Of a DNA stretch of 10,311 bases, positions 1 to 7,478 are shown one piece after another. Each line of letters opens with the position of its first letter. The first letter of the stretch is position 1. Location of the stretch: the NCBI RefSeq assembly GCF_000143415.4, contig NW_003314615.1, forward strand, positions 1-10,311. Reading direction: 5' to 3'. The position numbers and the translations under genes are program-made. The stretch is from Selaginella moellendorffii (Eukaryota > Plantae > Lycopodiophyta). Below the pieces are notes generated by a model that ran no database searches, was not told the DNA's origin, and worked only from the letters and a program-made list of their open reading frames with translations.

Positions 1-170
1 TTCAAGTATTTGAAAATGACGTGAAATTATATGTTTTTTGTCCAGGGGCTAGACATATCTGGGGCATGGTGACTAGCGCGGTGACTTTATGTCCAGACTG
101 AGTCCATCTGGTTGTATAATAAATCTCATTGTCAAGGTGAACAAACCGAATCTGAAGCTAAAGAAGAGCG

Positions 171-597
171 ATGGCATGCGCGCACACACTATTTGTTTGT
201 TCATTGAGCATGTGGTGAGCTTTCCAAGATGAACGTCATTCCTATTAGCCAGACATATAACTTAATGGTGAGAACATTTAGATATTATTCAATGTTATCT
301 TTTTCGAACGAATCTAATTGTGAAGGTGTAGCAAGAGGCATTGCTAGTCTGGAGAAGTCATTTAACTCATTTGACCCTTAGTGTATTTTCATGAAACTAA
401 ATAACATTCATATTATTAAGGAATTTCTCTAGTACCTTTTTTTTACGACATAGAGGCTTGCATTTCTTTCAAAGGTGATTTAGTAAAAGGCCTGAGGGCA
501 CATGCCATTCTATTTCTCAGACCGGTATTAAGATATACTAGTGCAAAGGGAAAAAGGTATTTGGTGATCAAGTAAATGGCATGAGGGCACACGCCAT
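171..597. repeat. 22-bp palindrome copies at 171-192, 487-508, 576-597
   Basis: atggcatgcgcgcacacactat; aaggcctgagggcacatgccat; atggcatgagggcacacgccat. Confidence 0.85.
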
Positions 598-604
598 TAT
601 AAGC

Positions 605-878
605 CTAAGCGCTAGTGGACACCTCCTTTTTGGTACTCTCAGCGGTACTATCATCCTTCTCCGGGTCAGTTGTTTTGCTTTGGATTGTTGTCTCTGACGT
701 TACTGGGGCGTTCTCGATAGTTGTTAATGTTGCCGTTTGTTCAGAAAAATGATCACCTAGAGTATAGTACAGGGAGTTTGGAAGACTTATATATTTTACA
801 TCTTCACCTATCTCCTTCTCTGTCTCCTTTTCTGCCTCACTTACAGATTTTGTGCTTGCCATGAGAACGCTCTTCACC
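605..878 (-). CDS. Possible terminal exon, S/T/E/K-rich low-complexity peptide; parent gene uncertain
   Basis: An open frame ends at stop 605-607 and is preceded by an acceptor-like ATATTTTAG (AG at 880-879). Direct splicing from the transposase donor at 1589 would not preserve this frame, and gap 948-1542 intervenes. Confidence 0.3.
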
Positions 879-947
879 CTAAAATATGGAGTTTGTTGTG
901 TTATAAAAGGAAACCAACACACACGCTGCAAGGGAATGATGGTACAT

Positions 948-1542
948 NNNNNNNNNNNNNNNNNNNNNNNNNNNNNNNNNNNNNNNNNNNNNNNNNNNNN
1001 NNNNNNNNNNNNNNNNNNNNNNNNNNNNNNNNNNNNNNNNNNNNNNNNNNNNNNNNNNNNNNNNNNNNNNNNNNNNNNNNNNNNNNNNNNNNNNNNNNNN
1101 NNNNNNNNNNNNNNNNNNNNNNNNNNNNNNNNNNNNNNNNNNNNNNNNNNNNNNNNNNNNNNNNNNNNNNNNNNNNNNNNNNNNNNNNNNNNNNNNNNNN
1201 NNNNNNNNNNNNNNNNNNNNNNNNNNNNNNNNNNNNNNNNNNNNNNNNNNNNNNNNNNNNNNNNNNNNNNNNNNNNNNNNNNNNNNNNNNNNNNNNNNNN
1301 NNNNNNNNNNNNNNNNNNNNNNNNNNNNNNNNNNNNNNNNNNNNNNNNNNNNNNNNNNNNNNNNNNNNNNNNNNNNNNNNNNNNNNNNNNNNNNNNNNNN
1401 NNNNNNNNNNNNNNNNNNNNNNNNNNNNNNNNNNNNNNNNNNNNNNNNNNNNNNNNNNNNNNNNNNNNNNNNNNNNNNNNNNNNNNNNNNNNNNNNNNNN
1501 NNNNNNNNNNNNNNNNNNNNNNNNNNNNNNNNNNNNNNNNNN
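948..1542. other. Assembly gap
   Basis: Run of N. Confidence 1.
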
Positions 1543-2818
1543 AATAAAATACATTAGAAACTTAGTAAAGGAATATTAATGAATCTCACCTTGAACCCGG
1601 GTTATGAATGCTTTTGCTGCATCTCTTGCATGGTCTGGCAAGGTGATGGTGGCACTCTGCTTCCGCATCCAACCATGCACAACATTATCCACCGATATGC
1701 TCATGCTGGGATCCCTTGGATTCAGCACCCATCTCTTTTCTAGGCAATCCTTCGTATATCCGGAACTTGGCTTGAACCACAGTTACATTGAAGGAGTTAG
1801 TTTCCGCATCCTCCTCTGCATCAGTGATGCAGCGCCCCACCCATATCATTTGTTTTTTATTACTGGGTCTGACAAGCACAACCATTCCTTTGCAGACCTG
1901 TACTGGATTGAATGCTGAATCCGGCATCTTGTTCCTCGGCCCACAATAGTGATCCTCAACATCGTTATCTGTCACTGCATTTCTAGAGGACATTGTTCCG
2001 CTACTATCTGGTGCTCTGGGTTCTGGCCAAAAGGACTATTCCAATTCTTCATATACAACCGGCCCATTTTGGATAGCAGATATAATCTTCTCCCAGTATT
2101 CGAGCAAAGGCTTGCACCTCTGAAAATAGGATTCTCCACCAAACACCAGCCCCCTCTTCCAGAAGGCAATATGCTGTCTAATCCCGGCCACTATACTTTC
2201 CTGGTCTTTGAGTCTATCCGGGTGCATCGGTCGTGGGGAACCCTGAGGAATCATAGGTTCCCCAGTTATGGGATCTCTCTTGAAGAGTTCAATGCCGTCC
2301 ACTGGCAGCCACACTGTGTCCCATTCTCTCATCTTGTACCTCATCACTGGAGCACCGTCACACATGCTGAAATGAAACTGAAGAGGCTTGGAGTGGCCAA
2401 TCAGCGTTTCGGATCCGTCCCTGACGTAGCCTCTTACAAACCCCTTAAAGTCTGGAACCTCTGTCAGAAGTGCAGCTTCAATAGTGCCTTTGATGCAATT
2501 TTGGAATTCATCATAGAGTTGTGGGAGGGTGAGGACATTGGATCGCCGGAGGGACTCTGCCAGGTGACTGAACATGGCATCGACGTCTTTATGAGTGTGC
2601 CCAACCATGAGAAAGCCAAGTATAACCGTTTCAAATATGCCTTTGGCAACAAGCATCGCCAAGTACGCGAAGACGTACATGTTTTTGTTCTCACTGCCAA
2701 CATTGTCTGTTTGGAGCAGAAGATGGGGTGGAAGGCCACATCGGCCGCAAGAACTTCCTTGAGATTCTGCTTCGTTTGGATGAGGCTGTGCATTCACCGG
2801 GCGACCAGCCTCGTCAGA

Positions 2819-2897
2819 ATGGCATGAGGCCTCACGTGATAACCCTACAATCTGACGGCCAACATATTCACTGGGATGGCATGAGGCCCCATGCGAT
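2819..2897. repeat. 22-bp palindrome copies at 2819-2840 and 2876-2897, within the transposase frame
   Basis: atggcatgaggcctcacgtgat; atggcatgaggccccatgcgat. Confidence 0.9.
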
Positions 2898-3109
2898 ACT
2901 GCAAGCCTTTGCTCCTCCTCCAGCTGAACCCTGTATGGGGTTCAATCGACAAGGGCCTTATGCAACTCAGTCTGCGCACTTTGCAGAGACCTTAAGTGTT
3001 TTGCTAGGGACACAATCATCATGTTTGCACCCACGCCAACCCATAGAGGTACAAAGAAGTTCCCATAGTTCTGGGCACCATGCCCATGAGCGATTATGCC
3101 AAATAGAGA

Positions 3110-3596
3110 NNNNNNNNNNNNNNNNNNNNNNNNNNNNNNNNNNNNNNNNNNNNNNNNNNNNNNNNNNNNNNNNNNNNNNNNNNNNNNNNNNNNNNNNNNN
3201 NNNNNNNNNNNNNNNNNNNNNNNNNNNNNNNNNNNNNNNNNNNNNNNNNNNNNNNNNNNNNNNNNNNNNNNNNNNNNNNNNNNNNNNNNNNNNNNNNNNN
3301 NNNNNNNNNNNNNNNNNNNNNNNNNNNNNNNNNNNNNNNNNNNNNNNNNNNNNNNNNNNNNNNNNNNNNNNNNNNNNNNNNNNNNNNNNNNNNNNNNNNN
3401 NNNNNNNNNNNNNNNNNNNNNNNNNNNNNNNNNNNNNNNNNNNNNNNNNNNNNNNNNNNNNNNNNNNNNNNNNNNNNNNNNNNNNNNNNNNNNNNNNNNN
3501 NNNNNNNNNNNNNNNNNNNNNNNNNNNNNNNNNNNNNNNNNNNNNNNNNNNNNNNNNNNNNNNNNNNNNNNNNNNNNNNNNNNNNNNNNNNNNNNN
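3110..3596. other. Assembly gap inside the transposase
   Basis: Run of N. Confidence 1.
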
Positions 3597-4623
3597 CATG
3601 TCTCGACAAACCTCTTGAAGATTGCCTCTCCATATACAACATGACCCTGGTTTTGTGCGTACCGTTGTCCCATGGACTGCCTGTTGAACCCTTTGTTCCT
3701 CAAACTCAGTTTTGATTCTGTAGAATGTGGTTCGAGGGACTCCATAAATGATTCTCCATGCCTTCATGCAGACCAAACCCCTCTGGAAGACCATGCCCCC
3801 CACCTGATGTTCTGAAGCATCAACAGATGACCGTAATGCCTCATACACAAAATTGCGAGCTGCCTTCCAGGACAATGTCTTGTATCTTGCTCTCTCCTCT
3901 TCAATAGCATCCCAATCAGCATGTTGACAGCACCTCCTCTTGCAACAAGCAACTGTCGAGACCATTCGAACCTCCATCGCCATTTTCTGCCTTTTCGGTT
4001 CGTTGCTCAGATCCCTTTGGCTGCGCTTTAGGAAGGTGTACTTTCTTTTCCCATGAAGAGATGTTCTGTCATCAGTTGTAGTGGTGTTTGATTGTGAATC
4101 CTTCACATTCTCAAACACTAAGTGCCTCAATTTCCACCGCACAATGCTTCCAATAGTTAGAATGTTTTCTTTTGTGTCAACAACCTCTAAAATTGCAACT
4201 CCAATATCATCCCAGCCCAATTCTTGATTAGCAACCGCATCTCTTGGATCGACAACTGTGGCTAAGCCCTCAGCTACCACCTCCCCCTCGGGGTTGTTTA
4301 GAAACACCTTCGCCTGAATCCATGTAACACAGTTCTTAAGATCTGCGGAGGGAACATGCGTCGCACTTGTGCTGTCCCCAACATCTGCTTTCTTCTGAAG
4401 ATTTTTCAAGGCAACAACAACATTTACCCCGACGACCATCTCTCCTCGTTCAATAGCAACCACATTCCCATCGAAGACAGTCGCTACTGATACAGCAGCA
4501 TTGCCTTCCCCAAGCCTTTGACAGTGTATAACAAAGTTCCGATCCATAGACACAAGGGTCCCTTTTGCAACTCTCTTCCCACCATTCAAAATGTAAACCT
4601 TTTCCCCAACCCTGAAGGCCATT

Positions 4624-4932
4624 CTGAAAGTGCAGAAAAGAAGTTAAGACCATACAAAAAATGATTGGAGAATGGCCTAAATCATAACATACCAAACAAC
4701 CTCAATAGCATGAGGCCACATGCCATTATTCAAACATGCTATTGACACCCACGTGAAATTTCGCATTCACAAAATTGGCATGAGGCCTCATGCCATTAGT
4801 GGTACCACTAATGGCATGAGGCCTCACGCTATCTTTGGCCCCTGCTAGCCATGAAATTGCAAGGGCCCAAGATGGCATGTGGCCTCATGCCATTTCTAAA
4901 TGTGGTCCTAAGCCATTCCATGGTGAACATAC
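4624..4932 (-). other. Predicted 5'UTR intron of the transposase gene (309 nt), containing 4 palindromes
   Basis: Minus strand shows a CTG|GTATGT donor at 4932 and a TTCTTTTCTGCACTTTCAG|AATG acceptor one base before the ATG. The donor choice is less certain than the acceptor. Confidence 0.6.
4705..4893. repeat. 22-bp palindrome copies at 4705-4726, 4775-4796, 4811-4832, 4872-4893; includes a perfect 46-bp palindrome at 4781-4826
   Basis: atagcatgaggccacatgccat; ttggcatgaggcctcatgccat; atggcatgaggcctcacgctat; atggcatgtggcctcatgccat. Confidence 0.95.
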
Positions 4933-4984
4933 CAGGAAGCACAAGTGCTAAATATCAAGAGGAAGCGGTAGCCACACCAAAGAC

Positions 4985-5119
4985 AGTGCCGCTCGCAACA
5001 CCGCAACTACTCGTAGTGCCGCTCGCAACACTGCAACTGCTCGTAGCGCCGCTCGCACAAACTGCCACTCGCATAAACTGCCGCTCGCAATGGCGCTCGC
5101 AATGCCGCAACCGCTCGTA
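4985..5119. repeat. GC/CpG-rich 30-bp tandem repeat (~2.5 units) decaying into CCGCTCGCA-like motifs
   Basis: AGTGCCGCTCGCAACACYGCAACTRCTCGT units start at 4985, 5015 and 5045 (partial), with further GCTCG cores to ~5119. Confidence 0.85.
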
Positions 5120-5904
5120 AATGCATAAACCACAGCGCACAACGCCGCTTACACAAGCAGCGCTCACTGCGCTCAGCGGAACCAAGAACACGGCGCACAA
5201 AAATGATAGACCTAGGAATGAGTTCGAGAATTCAAAAATAACACACGCTTGAACGTCACATCAAATCCTCTGACAAACCAGATTTTATGACTCTGACAAA
5301 TTTCAAACTGAGTAGCTTCTAGATTTTGCTGTTGGAGGTTGAACTTTGTCACATCATGTCCTTGCCTCGATCCAGCTGTGCCATGTCAGTGATTCAAACT
5401 TTGCCATGCCATGTCAGCGATCCGCGCCAAGATTATTCGCCGTGTAAAGGAATAATTATGCTCTATGTGTACGTCCATTTATGGCAATATAAGGCCACAC
5501 GCCATTCAAAGAATAATGCTAGTCGAGCATTTTTTGGTGCATTTTTGGGTTCAAAATTGCATGAGCCCACACGCTATAAAGTTTACCTGTACCAAAAATA
5601 GAAACAGCTTTATTTACTTGGGAATTTAAGTGGTTGAGGACTTACAAACACATGCCCTACTTACATTCCTTTGGTTGCTTAAAATTCAAAAATATTATAA
5701 ACCTTTCTTTTTGCATTTTCAATGTTTTCAATTATGGTTTTTGATTTTCGCAGGACCAGCCTAGTAATCTATTTGCATCCCGTCATGTTTATAGCTAGCT
5801 TTCGTTTGTCCCCTTCGCTAGCCTGAGATACATCTGCTCGGCATCTGCCTCTTACAGCATTTGCCCAGAAAGGGCATCTTTCTTCACGCAGCATTTGCCA
5901 CATG

Positions 5905-5930
5905 TTTAGGGTTTAGAGTTTAGGGTTTAG
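5905..5930 (+). repeat. Short interstitial plant telomere-type repeat / telo-boxes
   Basis: TTTAGGG TTTAGAG TTTAGGG TTTAG; a single TTAGGGTTT also occurs at 6711-6719. Confidence 0.75.
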
Positions 5931-6056
5931 CAATTCAGTAGCTTGATAAACATGCAAATACAGAACTTGATGCAAAATCCTTTGATATGTCACAATGCCC
6001 CTAGGACCATAAACACATTTCAATAGAGAGGGTCCTTTCATTTCATAACTCCTTAC

Positions 6057-6299
6057 GTAGATCTTGGTGAAACCAGAGTTAGTGAAGTTAGTTTCTTGTG
6101 ATCCCGCATCTGATTGTGATGTCCCTTTGCAGTGTCGATGGAAAGGTCAATGCACACCAAACTGTAAAATCTTGGACCAAAATAACGGTCGGTTCTATGG
6201 CAAATGCCCCTGAAACATTGTAAGGCTCGTGTGGTCTCATGTGGTGTCCGATCGAGATGTTTCTTTGCAGGGTCATCAAGAAAGACATTGTATACCATT
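6057..6299 (-). CDS. Possible exon of an unidentified small gene or gene relic
   Basis: The 81-aa ORF is bounded by acceptor-like TTTTACAG|AATG and donor-like TAC|GTAAGG. No recognisable motif. Confidence 0.2.
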
Positions 6300-6973
6300 C
6301 TGTAAAATCTAGTTGCGATCTAATGGTTGGATCTCCAGAAAACTCAAAAAAATCTCGCGCGTGTTAGAATATCCTAGGAATATACTCCTATATGCCCCTG
6401 AAAATGGCATGCGGCCCCACGCCATTCAAGAGATAACGCCAGATGACGCCGAGAATTTTTTGGTGCATTTTTTGGGTTCAAAATTGCATGAGCCCACACG
6501 CTATAAAGTTTATCTTTGCCAAATAGAGAAAAGTTTATCTGTGTCATGTGAGGTAGTTACAGTCCTTTGTGCTCGGCATCTGCCTCTTGCAGCATTTGCA
6601 CTGAAAGGGAATTTTTCTCCATTCAGCATTTGGCCCTGAAAATGGCATGCGCCCACACGCCATTCAAGGAATAACGCCACAGGACGCCTGGATTTTTGGG
6701 TTTAAAATGTTTAGGGTTTTTTGGGTTTTTTCAAAATATTTTGGGTCCAACGTTTTTTGGGTTTCTTTGGTTCAAAATTGCATGAGCCCACACGCTATAA
6801 TATTTATTTGAGAGAAAAATAGAAACAGATAGAATTTCTTTATTTAGCTGAACATCTGCCATTTTTGGAAATACAAGATGCTTTGGAATATCCAATCATG
6901 CATGGTATAAATATAGCGAGGGTATTAAATGATATCCCAATCATGATCTTTCTTTTGGATTTCGCGTGCATGC

Positions 6974-7270
6974 AGTCCGAGGAATGATGACGTTGCGGAT
7001 TTCTTTTGGATTTTGCATGCTTGCATGCGCGCGGCAATCCAGAAATTAATGGTGGTGCCCAAGTCCGAGGAATGATGATGTGGCGGGATTACCAACCGTT
7101 GTGACATTTCGCGCATGTGAGGTTAGGTTTTGCATTTTGCTTCGTACTCGCGCTCCTGCTCGCATCGCGATCACGCTCACTTCTCTACAGGTTTCTCGTG
7201 TGCATCGGCGTCCACTCGCGCTTGCATCACACTCGCACTCGCATCGCGCTCGTGTGCATCGGCGTCCACT
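6974..7270 (+). repeat. Short direct repeats upstream of / in the 5'UTR of the plus-strand gene
   Basis: AGTCCGAGGAATGATGA at 6974-6990 and 7062-7078; CTCGTGTGCATCGGCGTCCACT at 7195-7216 and 7249-7270. Confidence 0.85.
7122..7190 (+). other. Possible 5'UTR intron (69 nt)
   Basis: GAG|GTTAGG donor and GCTCACTTCTCTACAG| acceptor. Confidence 0.4.
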
Positions 7271-7478
7271 TCAAGACACACCCAGTTTGTAATTTCGCCG
7301 CCAACTCCGCCGCCCACTCCGCCACCCACACGCAGCCCACTTGGCGTCTCGGGAGATTTCAGCGCCACTCTCCAACTGTAAGTGGCAGAGTAGCCTTGCT
7401 GCTACGATCCGCTGCACACACAGTGCACATTCGCCAGCGAGTCCGGCCTCGATTGTCACGGCCTCCATTCGGCTTCAA

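Larger units (their letters stand above)
1576..4622 (-). pseudogene. Sola-like (Sola1/DUF7869-type) DDD transposase, disrupted
   Basis: ORFs 2942..3745, 2036..2797 and 1685..1993 share one frame and are separated only by single stops: TGA 2944-2942 and TAG 2038-2036. Motifs seen: CCKRRCC...VCMKAWRIIYG (3947-3711), LFGIIAHGHG after the gap, LLLQTDNVGSENKN (D at 2707-2705), FLMVGHTHKDVDAMFS (GHTHKDVD 2602-2579) and FWP just past the TAG. A probable frameshift at ~1785-1782 leads into LWFKPSSGYTKDCLEKRW...VHGW...AAKAFITRVQ, and another is possible at ~3647. The first catalytic Asp would fall in gap 3110-3596. Family assigned from remembered motifs, not a search. Confidence 0.8.
5481..6800 (+). 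repeat. Three dispersed copies of a two-palindrome module (5481-5579, 6404-6506, 6642-6800)
   Basis: Palindromes at 5481-5505 (3-nt insertion), 5556-5577, 6404-6425, 6483-6504, 6642-6663 and 6777-6798. The identical 32-mer GGTTCAAAATTGCATGAGCCCACACGCTATAA closes all three modules. A further duplication links 5835-5874 and 6570-6609. Confidence 0.9.

Noticed and set aside
852-1579. ORFs spanning the first N-gap, and similar ones across 3110-3596
   Set aside because: Their length is an artefact of translating N as X.
1949-2827. 292-aa plus-strand ORF
   Set aside because: Antisense shadow of the transposase catalytic region; no motifs of its own.
1576-4622. Classification as a CACTA/En-Spm element because of the TnpA-like repeats
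   Set aside because: The catalytic motifs (QxDN...ENKN...GHTHxDxD) are not those of CACTA TnpD, and no CACTA terminus was recognised.
4705-4893. CRISPR-like array of palindromic repeats with short spacers
   Set aside because: Spacing is irregular (14-48 nt here, up to kilobases elsewhere), the repeats are degenerate, there are no cas genes and the context is eukaryotic and intron-containing.
4851-5200. Several short overlapping ORFs with repetitive peptides
   Set aside because: Explained by the stop-poor GC-rich 30-bp tandem repeat; more likely 5'UTR.
5250-5420. Cluster of TGAC/TGTCA motifs upstream of the transposase leader
   Set aside because: The motifs are too short to assign to a transcription factor without enrichment statistics.
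5326-6639. ORFs 5326..5601 and 6313..6639 sharing FLGSKLHEPTRYKVYL
   Set aside because: The shared peptide is just the translated non-coding repeat module.
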